Positions 21,032-30,654 of a DNA stretch of 64,000 nucleotides are shown here, one piece after another (positions within the stretch are counted from its first letter, which is position 1; every line of letters starts with the position of its first letter). A model generated the notes under the pieces. The model saw nothing but the letters and a program-made list of their open reading frames with translations, had not been told where the DNA came from and searched no databases. The DNA lies in assembly GCA_963833125.1 (NCBI GenBank), contig CAWHWX010000019.1:160001-224000 (forward strand). The letters are read 5' to 3'. The translations under genes and the position numbers were made by a program. Source of the stretch: Candidatus Bathyarchaeota archaeon. Its GTDB lineage: Archaea > Thermoproteota > Bathyarchaeia > 40CM-2-53-6.

Positions 21032-21709
21032 ATGGCAGTAGACGAAGCCAACGCTTTCATGGAAGTACTGTCCAAGAGCCCCCAATTCAAGGTACTCACA
21101 ATACTTTCTCAACGCCCGCAAGAGGACCTTACGAAGACAGAGATCGCTCAAAAGGCTGGTATTGGTCGCACAACCCTATACAGGGTGTGGGACGATCTTG
21201 AGAGAATGAAAGCAATATCCCCTTCACGACACGTGGGCGCCGTTACTCTTTATCGGATGAACTCGCAAAGCCCAGTAGTGCAATCGTTCCTCAACATCAC
21301 TAGAAGCCTTACTACTGTAACCGACGCAGTGGCTCGAATTGAGCAACTCCGCAAACTTCAGGATTCTGCCAAGAGTGAATTCGGGGACGCGATACCCGCT
21401 GGTCCCAGCGTCTTAGTAAAACTTCTTCGTGCAAACGCGATTTCACCGGAAACCGGTAAGCCGAAATCAGATCTGCACCTTTCCTCATCTGAGGGTGAGG
21501 GCCTCAAGGGCCTCATGAGTGCGGGTTTAATTTTCGACAAGGCTGGAAGTTACTATCTTACTCAACTTGGAAACCAAACGGCTCAGGGAGCGGCGAAGAT
21601 TTGGTCTTCTGAAAGTTCACAGTCAGTCGACCAAGCCATATCAACTGCACGTGTCGCATTGAACCTGATCAACCAAGAGATCAGGAAGCTCAAGAGTCAA
21701 GCAAAATAA
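21032..21709 (+). CDS. Protein with two winged-helix domains
   Basis: LTKTEIAQKAGIGRTTLYRVW HTH; second wing GLI...YYLTQLG; ATG 21032 follows a TTAATATA box. Confidence 0.7.
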   Translation: MAVDEANAFMEVLSKSPQFKVLTILSQRPQEDLTKTEIAQKAGIGRTTLYRVWDDLERMKAISPSRHVGAVTLYRMNSQSPVVQSFLNITRSLTTVTDAVARIEQLRKLQDSAKSEFGDAIPAGPSVLVKLLRANAISPETGKPKSDLHLSSSEGEGLKGLMSAGLIFDKAGSYYLTQLGNQTAQGAAKIWSSESSQSVDQAISTARVALNLINQEIRKLKSQAK

Positions 21710-21787
21710 CCTAACCTAATTTCTTGCCGATCATCTCCGATCTCGTATCGGAGAAACTTTAAGTTGTGCGCTCACTTCGAGTGAGTT

Positions 21788-23443
21788 ATGCCGATAGATA
21801 CGAGGTATTTGTTCATCACCGGCGGTGTAATGTCCGGTATAGGTAAGGGAATTACCACCGCATCAATCGCAAAGATTCTTCAAACTCGGGGCTTCAAAAT
21901 CTCAGCGATGAAAATAGACCCCTACCTCAACGTTGACGCAGGAACAATGAACCCGGTCGCCCACGGTGAAGTGTTCGTTACTGATGACGGTGGGGAGATT
22001 GATATGGACCTTGGAACCTACGAACGATTCTTGGACATTAATCTCTCCCGAAGTCACAATACGACAACTGGTCAAATCTACACTTCCGTCATCAACAAAG
22101 AACGGCGTGGTGACTTTCTCGGTCAATGTGTACAAATAATTCCGCACATCACCGATGAAATCAAATCCGTCGTGAGGGGCATCGCAGCAAAAACCCAACC
22201 TGACGTGCTTCTCGTAGAAATAGGTGGGACAGTTGGCGACATTGAGAGCCTTCCTTACCTTGAGGCTGCTCGTGAACTAAAGCTTGAGGAAGGTCAAAGG
22301 AATGTCTTGTTTGTTCATGTCACTTTAGTCCCGGCGTTAGATGTGGTTGGTGAACAGAAAACGAAACCGACTCAGCACAGTGTTCAGGAGCTGCGAAGGA
22401 TCGGTATCCAACCTGACCTAATCGTCGCGAGAACTAATGGACCACTAATGACGGGACCTCGCAAGAAGATAGCTTTGTTCTGTAACGTCGAGGAGCGTGG
22501 TGTATTTTCTTCAGCCGACCTGCCCACAATTTACCAGGGGCCGGTCGAACTTGATTCGCAGGGAATGGGAAATTTCCTGATCGAACGATTTTCTTTGGAT
22601 AAGCATGAGGTTGACTGGGGTCCATGGAATAGGGTAGTGGCTTCGATAGCCAATCCGCACGAGGTTGTTCGAATTGCGCTCTGCGGCAAATACGCTGAAC
22701 TTGCTGACTCCTACGTTAGCGTTAACGAGGCATTGAAGCATGCGGGTGGAGCGTGCGACGCACGAGTTGAGATAGACTGGATTGAGACAGAGGTCTTCGA
22801 GAATGAACCATCTAACTGTTCTATTTTGTCCCGTTTCGATGGAATTCTTGTCCCGGGAGGGTTCGGTTCGAGGGGTACAGAAGGGAAGATCGCTGCGTTG
22901 GCCTATGCGTGCGAGAAGAATATTCCTACTCTCGGAATATGTTTCGGATTCCAGATGGCTGTTCTTGAATTCTGTCGCCACTTAGGGATGAAGAATGCAA
23001 ACAGCACCGAAATAGACCCCAAGACTCCCTATCCTGCAATTGATCTGATGCCCGAGCAAATTGGTGTCGAAACGAAGGGTGCGACGATGAGGCTTGGTGC
23101 CCACGAAATACGCGTCATGCCCAACACCCTAGCCAGCTATCTATACGGGAGAGAGATAATTTCTGAACGCCATAGACACAGGTACGAAGTGAACCCAGAA
23201 TACATATCCAAAATCGAGAAAGCCGGAGGTGTCTTTTCAGCCCGAAGCATGGACGGGAGAAGAATGGAAATTTTCGAGTTGCCGGACAAATACTTCTACA
23301 TGGGTACGCAGTTCCATGCGGAATTCAAATCAAGACCAGTCAGGCCGTCGCCACCTTACTATGGGTTGATCAAAGCATCGCTTGACAAGAAACTCGGAAA
23401 ATCGGCGCCAGAATTGACACCCCTTATTCGAGAGACTGCATAG
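21788..23443 (+). CDS. pyrG: CTP synthase
   Basis: GGVMSGIGKG, KIDPYLNVDAGTM, KTKPTQHSV, GICFG, QFHAE. Confidence 0.97.
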   Translation: MPIDTRYLFITGGVMSGIGKGITTASIAKILQTRGFKISAMKIDPYLNVDAGTMNPVAHGEVFVTDDGGEIDMDLGTYERFLDINLSRSHNTTTGQIYTSVINKERRGDFLGQCVQIIPHITDEIKSVVRGIAAKTQPDVLLVEIGGTVGDIESLPYLEAARELKLEEGQRNVLFVHVTLVPALDVVGEQKTKPTQHSVQELRRIGIQPDLIVARTNGPLMTGPRKKIALFCNVEERGVFSSADLPTIYQGPVELDSQGMGNFLIERFSLDKHEVDWGPWNRVVASIANPHEVVRIALCGKYAELADSYVSVNEALKHAGGACDARVEIDWIETEVFENEPSNCSILSRFDGILVPGGFGSRGTEGKIAALAYACEKNIPTLGICFGFQMAVLEFCRHLGMKNANSTEIDPKTPYPAIDLMPEQIGVETKGATMRLGAHEIRVMPNTLASYLYGREIISERHRHRYEVNPEYISKIEKAGGVFSARSMDGRRMEIFELPDKYFYMGTQFHAEFKSRPVRPSPPYYGLIKASLDKKLGKSAPELTPLIRETA

Positions 23444-23464
23444 TCGAAATACCGAAAACGTAGT

Positions 23465-24316
23465 TCAACCCTTATCCAGAAACCCAAAAGCGACTACAGC
23501 TTTCGGATCGCCTATCCTTGAGAGCCTCCGGTAGCACAGCATATGCCCTTTCTCAATCGTTCGAAAATGGTGCTTCGATAACATGGTCAAGATTCTGCGA
23601 TTCCTTAACGGGCAGGTGATCTCAACGGGCCTGCTTTCCATCTTGTCTAGACCGAGACGAAGCATCGATTCCAGCTCTGCTCGGCCGAGACCGAATGATA
23701 TCCATGGTCCGAGTTCGTACATATCGGCGTACTTCTTGGCGAATAAGTAGGACCGTTTTGACCTAGTTGCGCAGCCGAGATACCATGCAGACCCTGAATC
23801 TAGCATATCGACGAAGAGTCGTGTCCTATCGGCTCCAAAAGCCTTCTTATCCATCGCCAGCAAGGCACTTACAGGCATTTTTCCGTGTTCGCTCGACTTA
23901 GGTACACTCCTTGGTGTGGGTCGTCCTTCTCGTCGAAACCTCGCGAATCGCGGCCCAACGACAAATCCGAGCTTACGGTAGAAGTCGATGGTTTCATCGA
24001 AAGAATACAGGACTACGCGGGCGACTCGTTCTTTCTCTAGGTAGCCTATTGCATGTTTGACGAGAGCCTGGCCGATGTGTTTTCCTCTCCATGATTTATC
24101 GACAACGACGTTGCCGATCCACGCGATTTGCTTTCCGTAGCTTGCAGTCGTTGCAAGGCCGACCCTTCGCGCGTTTTCCATCGCGATGAAACTGCCTCGC
24201 GGATTGAGGCGTAAAATCCTCTCGAAATCCCGGGCCGGAATCCCCCACTCTTCTTGATCCGCGAGCCGCACCGCGAAGCTGATGTCGTCACGGCGCATCT
24301 TTCTGATTCGTAGCAA
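23465..24316 (-). CDS. GNAT-family acetyltransferase (tandem GNAT)
   Basis: WRGKHIG and FYRKLGF motifs. Confidence 0.85.
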   Translation of the reverse strand: MLRIRKMRRDDISFAVRLADQEEWGIPARDFERILRLNPRGSFIAMENARRVGLATTASYGKQIAWIGNVVVDKSWRGKHIGQALVKHAIGYLEKERVARVVLYSFDETIDFYRKLGFVVGPRFARFRREGRPTPRSVPKSSEHGKMPVSALLAMDKKAFGADRTRLFVDMLDSGSAWYLGCATRSKRSYLFAKKYADMYELGPWISFGLGRAELESMLRLGLDKMESRPVEITCPLRNRRILTMLSKHHFRTIEKGHMLCYRRLSRIGDPKAVVAFGFLDKG

Positions 24317-24340
24317 TGCGGGAGCAGCTTCAAGGTTAGG

Positions 24341-25651
24341 TTAAGGGTATATGCGATTGATTAGGCGTGGGAATGCTATCGCGTCACGGATGTGTTCAAG
24401 GCCGCAGACCCATGCTACGGTTCTCTCGACTCCCATTCCAAACCCTGCATGTGGAACCGTCCCATAACGGCGGAGCTCCGTGTACCACTTGTAATCGTCG
24501 GGTTTCAATTCCTCCTCCTTTATCCTAGCGAGGAGTTGTTCGAGGACGTGAATGCGTTGCCCGCCTCCAGTAATCTCACCGTACCCTTCTGGGGCTAGTA
24601 GGTCTACTGAGAGGGTGACCTTCGGGTTTTGCGGGTCAGGCATATGGTAGAATGCTTTAATTTCCTTCGGAAAGCGGCTGACAAAAAACGGCAACTCAAA
24701 GCCTTGGGTGAGAACTTTCTCTTCCTCGTAGCCGAGGTCCTTTCCCCACTTGAACGTGGGCATCGATTCTCGGATCTTCTCTACTGCTTGGTCGTATGTG
24801 ATTCTTGGGAAGGGCGGTTGAACTTTCACGAGTTTGCTTGCGTCGCGGCCAAGTAACTTCAATTCCTCCGGCATCTTCTGCGCGATCTGCTGGCACATGT
24901 GGGTAACCAGCTCCTCCTCGAGTTGCATTAACCCATCAAGGTCCAGCCAAGGCGCTTCAACTTCAAGGTGCCAGTACTCCGTAAGGTGTCTCCTCGTACG
25001 GGACTTTTCGGCTCTGAACGACGGTGCTACAGTGAAAATCTTGCCGACGCTTGCAATCATCGCTTCTGCGTAGAGCTGCCAGCTTTGGGAGAGGTACGCT
25101 TTCTGTTTGAAGTACTTGACTGGGAAGAGGGTCGAGCCTCCCTCCACCGCCGCGTTTACGAGTATCGGGACTTGAACCTCAAGGTAACCGTGATCCATTA
25201 ACCACCTCCGTGCTTCCTCTATCAAACGGCTTCTCAATCGGATGGTAGCTTGCATTTTCTCGTTACGAATCCACAAGTGTCGGTAATCCAGCAGAAAATC
25301 TGGCCCGTGGTACTTCCTTGCAATAGGGTATCCATCCTGCGCAGGGAAAAGTACACTTACTTTCTCTCCTCGAATTTCGTATCCTCGTGGGGCCCGGGGG
25401 TCCTTCTTCACTTCACCTGAAACTTCGATGGTGCTCTCTATTGGAGTCGTGCTGAGTTTGTCGAAGGTCTCCGGATCAATCTTGTCTTTTTTCAGTGTAC
25501 ATTGGATGACGCCTGAGCCGTCGCGTAGTTGTAGGAAGAGTATTCCTCCGCTGCTGCGTATGTGGTGCAGCCATCCTCTCAGCGCAACACGGGTTCCATC
25601 GAACCTACCGTCCAATATTTCTGCTATAGTTTGAACAGTATCCATCAACAA
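24341..25651 (-). CDS. asnS: Asparagine-tRNA ligase
   Basis: OB fold LRGW..IRSSG, YLSQSWQLY, FRAEKSRTRRHLTEY, PHAGFGMGVER. Confidence 0.9.
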   Translation of the reverse strand: MLMDTVQTIAEILDGRFDGTRVALRGWLHHIRSSGGILFLQLRDGSGVIQCTLKKDKIDPETFDKLSTTPIESTIEVSGEVKKDPRAPRGYEIRGEKVSVLFPAQDGYPIARKYHGPDFLLDYRHLWIRNEKMQATIRLRSRLIEEARRWLMDHGYLEVQVPILVNAAVEGGSTLFPVKYFKQKAYLSQSWQLYAEAMIASVGKIFTVAPSFRAEKSRTRRHLTEYWHLEVEAPWLDLDGLMQLEEELVTHMCQQIAQKMPEELKLLGRDASKLVKVQPPFPRITYDQAVEKIRESMPTFKWGKDLGYEEEKVLTQGFELPFFVSRFPKEIKAFYHMPDPQNPKVTLSVDLLAPEGYGEITGGGQRIHVLEQLLARIKEEELKPDDYKWYTELRRYGTVPHAGFGMGVERTVAWVCGLEHIRDAIAFPRLINRIYP

Positions 25652-25822
25652 TGAACCTCGGAAAATATTTGGTGCCTGAAATGTGCGAGTCGTCGGTTAA
25701 ACCGGTTCGGTTCGGGGGTTAAAACAGTCACTCATGGGTCGGGCACCTTGAGGGGAGCAACAGCGAATCCGTATTTAAGGTAACTTCAGGAAATCGACAA
25801 CCGAGGAAGCAGCAGACATTGT

Positions 25823-26178
25823 CTACTTGATTCCGATGCCGAATGCTGCGCTCACGCCCTTCAAAACGAATGCAACTCCGATAGCTACAATCAGTATGTT
25901 CATGACGGTGTTGAGAATCATTAGGGTGGATGGGCTCAACACACGGGCCAACTTGTTACTTGACCTCAGAATGAGCCAAGCCAAAAGAACATTAACAACA
26001 ATTGCCGCGATAGTCGTCAATACGCCGCAATTACAATGGCTCGATTCGCAATCATATTCTTCTGACGCCCAGTTGCATTCGCCGTAAGCCCCTGAAAGAA
26101 CGGAATCACACCAATCGGATTAAGAACTACGAAGAGGGTGAGAATGTCTGAGCCCATGTATTCCAGAAACATGTTCAT
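25823..26178 (-). pseudogene. MarC-family membrane protein with central deletion and frameshift
   Basis: ATG 26178 gives ...TLFVVLNPIGVIPFF (MarC start), stop after ~53 aa; C-terminal TM part follows directly in another frame; only ~118 codons in total. Confidence 0.75.
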
Positions 26179-26258
26179 AGTTCCATCATCTCTGATGCTC
26201 GATCACACTTCAGCCTTTATGTAAATGATGAGTTTGTCTATTCAGAGGGATCTAAGCC

Positions 26259-28121
26259 ATGTCCTCGATAATGAGCATGAACGTCAAGAGACTGGGACAG
26301 ATTCTGAAGGAAGGTGCCGAAGGTCAGGTTGGTGAAAGCGGATTGCGCCTCGAAGGCGCAAGCCGCACGTATTGGCCTCTGGTTAGTAAGTTGCTAATTT
26401 CAGACTTCAGGTATGACCGATCATATGTAACGGCCCAAGACATGTTCAAGAAACCCTCGGCAAGGTTTGCGGCAATAGATGGGTCGATGGACCAGGATCT
26501 ACTCGGTGGGCTCGCAGTGTTCTGGGCGGGGGCATATGCCGCAACGGGATCAATCACCTACATGAAGAACGAACGCCCTGCTGTAACTTACGATACCCAT
26601 TTTATTGAGAAAGGGCATGGCCTTGCGAGCTGTATCCCAATCTACGTTGATTCGATTCCAGAAGTCGAACCCCAAAGCACCTTCAACGCATCTGAGAATC
26701 AGGCGATCTCAGGTCCTCTAACTGATCAATCTACGGTAGACAACTCAACCATAGCCAATTGGATTATGCTGTTCTCGGAGCTTTACTTGGCGTATACTAT
26801 TGCAAAAACCAAAGAGTTCCAAATTATCCTGCTTGACCGCTCACTCTCTGGCACTCAGTCCAGCCTACTACATGACACCTCCAAGAGAGCCCTCTGGAAA
26901 CGTGAATGCGCTACCCTACGAATTACCAGCGACGGCCTGAGGCTTGATGAGCAAGACCTAGCATTCAGCAGATACCGCACCCGAGACAGCGGAGGTTTGC
27001 TTCCGCCACGAGGCGACTACCTCCGTCACTCGGCCATGTTTCTAATGGAACAACTCCAAACGGATCTCACCGTAGACGAAGTTGCCACCCGATTGAACAT
27101 TAAGTCCGACCCTCTGAGAGTCGAAAAATTGGACAGGTACTTAACGAGAGCTGCTAAAGAGGGCAAGTATTTTCTCAAATCCAATGGCAAGTTTTCCTTG
27201 ATGCCTAACTTATTGACGGCGTGGGATCGAACTCAGAAAATGGTCGAGTACGTTGGTCAACGCTTTTTCGCGAGCAACCTTGGGAACCCGCTTCAGATTA
27301 CAGACGGTGGAGAATCAAGATGGTTAACCACCCTTGACCTGGCTTTCCTCTGTTTGTTTACGTTGAACATGCTTGTTGAGACTTGCCGACTCAACAAAGT
27401 TCTGCTCATCGGAATCACTAAGGACACAACTGCAAGGGATATGATTACGCATCTCATTCCGTTATGTGTCGAACGTCACATTTGGGCTGGGAATTCGGAG
27501 CACGTGGCGACCACGGATCGCATGTTATTGCAAGCTTTGAGCATGTTCCATCATGACCAAGTCCAAGTTCCTTGGGCCACCATTGAGTATGACACATCAT
27601 TTCAGACAATTGTTGGACGATTCAACGATGTGAAAGGAGACGTTTCGGGCGCCGTAAAGAATCGGATAATCCAAGAACAGCTCTTCGTCAAATCATATAT
27701 TCAATTGGATAAGGCTAAGTCTGATGATCAGTTCAGAAGCAATGTATTGTTCATTGATCGGCTATACCTACCGTCAGAGAACGCGCCAACTCTCATGCTC
27801 AAACATGAGTATGGGGGAGCCGTTGAAGAGGTAAAACCGGTTCTATGGCAAGGAGCGAGCTCCAAGAATCCAATTCAAGAGCTGATGATGGTTACGCTGA
27901 AAGCTATGACTCATGACAGTATTCCAGAAATATTCGGCCACAATGAGCCCCTTTACATCGCAGATAAGATAGCTAAGGCCCAGCGAACTAACGCGTCTCA
28001 AATGATTAGGGGAATGGGACATTGGCTCATCTCGCACCCAAAACTGAGAAAATACTCATTCTACATGAACACCTTCCGGTCACGAAGGAGCGAAATAGAA
28101 AATGCTAGAACCCGAACTTAA
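26259..28121 (+). CDS. Large NurA-like nuclease
   Basis: AAIDGS, SELYLA, ILLDRSL, GITKDT, GHNEPLYIADK; adjacent HerA. Confidence 0.7.
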   Translation: MSSIMSMNVKRLGQILKEGAEGQVGESGLRLEGASRTYWPLVSKLLISDFRYDRSYVTAQDMFKKPSARFAAIDGSMDQDLLGGLAVFWAGAYAATGSITYMKNERPAVTYDTHFIEKGHGLASCIPIYVDSIPEVEPQSTFNASENQAISGPLTDQSTVDNSTIANWIMLFSELYLAYTIAKTKEFQIILLDRSLSGTQSSLLHDTSKRALWKRECATLRITSDGLRLDEQDLAFSRYRTRDSGGLLPPRGDYLRHSAMFLMEQLQTDLTVDEVATRLNIKSDPLRVEKLDRYLTRAAKEGKYFLKSNGKFSLMPNLLTAWDRTQKMVEYVGQRFFASNLGNPLQITDGGESRWLTTLDLAFLCLFTLNMLVETCRLNKVLLIGITKDTTARDMITHLIPLCVERHIWAGNSEHVATTDRMLLQALSMFHHDQVQVPWATIEYDTSFQTIVGRFNDVKGDVSGAVKNRIIQEQLFVKSYIQLDKAKSDDQFRSNVLFIDRLYLPSENAPTLMLKHEYGGAVEEVKPVLWQGASSKNPIQELMMVTLKAMTHDSIPEIFGHNEPLYIADKIAKAQRTNASQMIRGMGHWLISHPKLRKYSFYMNTFRSRRSEIENARTRT

Positions 28122-29973
28122 CCGACAATTCACCGACTTCGACGGCCGATTCGAAGGAAGACTTGCTGCCGTCTACGCCATAAGACGAACAGATGTCTCA
28201 GCTGAGACCACTGGTTTTTCTGCCAAATATGAATGCCGCGTTAAAGCCCAATACCAAAAAGACCTCATGGGCATGCTCGAAGAGGGAATGCTGCTCGCAG
28301 TACGTAACTTCAAAGCCAAGAAATACGACGGGAAGAGATTTACCCTTTTTGAGGTCTCGCGGATTGGACCAGAACATTTCGGACTGCGAGGCCTCTCAGA
28401 CCAAAACTACTATCCATACCAGTTCGAAATAATTGAACAAAGCGTTGCAGATTGGGACACAGACGATAAAGCAACGATGATAATACAACTCAGCGCAATA
28501 CCCCTCAACTACGACTTGATTCTAGACGGGTCGGAGCAACGGTATGTCAAAGGATTCACCTACCCTGTAGTAGGCGAACGCGCATTCATCCTAAACAAGG
28601 GCACAATCCATCGGATGTACAACCGAAAACTCCTGGATGAGCTTGGACTCGTGTGGAATGAAAAGATCGCCACCACCTCTGATGCTAGAAAAGACCCACG
28701 CGTGGGCACGATCAAGATGTTCCAAGAGGAAGATGGTGCAGTTCCGATCTACGTTAGTTTCGAGCGACTCGTACGCTACCACTTCGGAGTATTCTCCTTC
28801 ACCGGCGGCGGGAAGAGCAACCTACTTTCCAATATCCTTCGAAGAATAATCTACCATTCTAAAACGAAGACCGTGATCTTCGACATTTCGATGGAGTATC
28901 CATTCCTTCTACAAGACGTATTTGTGGATAAGACAATCAATAGCAAGATAATCACCGAGATGCCGGTCGAAGACGCAGACCACCTCCGGAAAGTCATAGT
29001 AACCCCCAGGGACTTCGAAAAATATGACCTAACCCCGAACCTAGAGAATATCTTCTCTCAAGGAAAATTGGGCCATTATGCAGAGGCAGGAAGACCCCCA
29101 CCGACATTCGAGAACATTCTAGAACAAATTAGGCTCCTGGAGAAAGGGGAGGGCGACAAACAAGTAAACCTGGATGCTATCCATGAAATCGAAGAAAAAG
29201 TACTTGAGTGGTTAAGGGATAACCGGGCAGATCGGTTTGGTATTGTAACCCCGGAATTTCTCGACTACTTACAGTCGGTTGCTACAACCGCGGTTGAGAA
29301 ATTCAAGGTTTGGAAGAGCGGGTCACTCGCTGCTTGGGCTGGTACAAGGTCTGAACTCAAGTCATCGCTCAGTCGAGCAGCAAAGACCATCGATAAAAAT
29401 GCCTACACCACCGAAAAACTATTGGGCCTTTTGGACGGCGATACGAGGCTCCTGTGTCTATCCGTTGCGGAGCCAAGTATTATCAAGAAACTTGCTATAG
29501 ATCTAACATCCGAGATGCTCAGACGGAGGAAACGGGAATTTCAAGTTGAACCCCAAATCCTGTTCGTCTTCGACGAAGCCCAAGAATTCATTCCCGCCTA
29601 TGACAAAGCCAGAGGAATAGATCTTACCTGCACTTATCGCATCGAAACTCTGCTCCGGCAGGGAAGGAAGTATGGGCTTGGCGGTTGCGTCGCGACGCAG
29701 AGAATCGCTTACCTCAACACAAACGCTTTGCAACAACTACATACCTACTTTGTCGGCCCATTACCTCGGCCATACGATCGTAGTCTCGTGAGCAGCACGT
29801 TCACGATCGATCAGGGAATTCTTGAAAAAACTCTTGAATTCGCTCCAGGCCAATGGCTACTCTCTAGCTACATTGCGACAGGGATGGAAAACGTTCCCAT
29901 ATTCATAACAGCAGACAACTCCGAAAAGGAACTGCAAAAGGTTATCGCGGAACCGAAACCAAAAGCAACCTAA
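28102..29973 (+). CDS. HerA/DUF87-family ATPase
   Basis: HFGVFSFTGGGKSN Walker A, IFDISMEY, FVFDEAQEF Walker B, RQGRKYGLG..ATQR. Confidence 0.85.
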   Translation: MLEPELNRQFTDFDGRFEGRLAAVYAIRRTDVSAETTGFSAKYECRVKAQYQKDLMGMLEEGMLLAVRNFKAKKYDGKRFTLFEVSRIGPEHFGLRGLSDQNYYPYQFEIIEQSVADWDTDDKATMIIQLSAIPLNYDLILDGSEQRYVKGFTYPVVGERAFILNKGTIHRMYNRKLLDELGLVWNEKIATTSDARKDPRVGTIKMFQEEDGAVPIYVSFERLVRYHFGVFSFTGGGKSNLLSNILRRIIYHSKTKTVIFDISMEYPFLLQDVFVDKTINSKIITEMPVEDADHLRKVIVTPRDFEKYDLTPNLENIFSQGKLGHYAEAGRPPPTFENILEQIRLLEKGEGDKQVNLDAIHEIEEKVLEWLRDNRADRFGIVTPEFLDYLQSVATTAVEKFKVWKSGSLAAWAGTRSELKSSLSRAAKTIDKNAYTTEKLLGLLDGDTRLLCLSVAEPSIIKKLAIDLTSEMLRRRKREFQVEPQILFVFDEAQEFIPAYDKARGIDLTCTYRIETLLRQGRKYGLGGCVATQRIAYLNTNALQQLHTYFVGPLPRPYDRSLVSSTFTIDQGILEKTLEFAPGQWLLSSYIATGMENVPIFITADNSEKELQKVIAEPKPKAT

Positions 29974-30059
29974 CTCCCGCGCTTGCCTTCTTTCCTAAGA
30001 TTCGCCCATCAATTAACTATTTAATGCCGTCAAGCTCTGCCCATACACCGTGAAGCTCG

Positions 30060-30644
30060 TTGGCCCCGCCAGACCCTCAACTGACAAAGAAATTGGCTGA
30101 GATGAAGACATTCCTAGAGCGTCGCCTAAAGCAGCAGGAAGAGGAAGCAAACTACCTGCGATCTTTCTTGGAAGTTGTCGACACGCTTCTCGCGGAGAGA
30201 AGCTTCCGACCTGTCGACATCGGAGTTGCAACCAGCGCGCCCCCAACTAAGCCTCCAACGATGCCTCAAGCATCTGAGAAGACTCCATCTGACAATGTGC
30301 CAATCATGACCACCGACGGCGTCCGGATCGCCTCAATGACCATCGAAGCAAATGATCTTCGCGTTGTACCCGAACCCGGCATCAACTTGGACTCCAATTC
30401 CCCACCTCTACGTTCGTTTCTCATGGCAAAAGTCTTAGAACCCATGCAGGGCAAAGACAAAGAAGCCGCGACGGCAGGATCCCTACAACCCGAAAACATG
30501 CTTACCTACGATGTTGAGCAGGAGGAGGGGCACCTCAAGTCCATTCACGTGCAGAACTATGGAGACGACCGCAGGCTGCTCGAGTTGAAGAATGCAATAA
30601 GGTGGACGTTCCGGAGAATGTATGAGAAAACTGGACCGAAATGA
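30060..30644 (+). CDS. Conserved-looking hypothetical protein with N-terminal coiled coil
   Basis: 194 aa, coiled coil + linker + globular domain ending AIRWTF; TATTTAA box upstream. Confidence 0.75.
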   Translation: MAPPDPQLTKKLAEMKTFLERRLKQQEEEANYLRSFLEVVDTLLAERSFRPVDIGVATSAPPTKPPTMPQASEKTPSDNVPIMTTDGVRIASMTIEANDLRVVPEPGINLDSNSPPLRSFLMAKVLEPMQGKDKEAATAGSLQPENMLTYDVEQEEGHLKSIHVQNYGDDRRLLELKNAIRWTFRRMYEKTGPK

Positions 30645-30654
30645 ATTCGCTAAC

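Noticed and set aside
25652-25790. asnS leader peptide or T-box-like element
   Set aside because: The 12-codon ORF has a single Asn and I see no T-box motif
26225-26280. ATGATGA...CAGA as a C/D-box sRNA
   Set aside because: No convincing C' and D boxes; overlaps the likely nurA promoter and start
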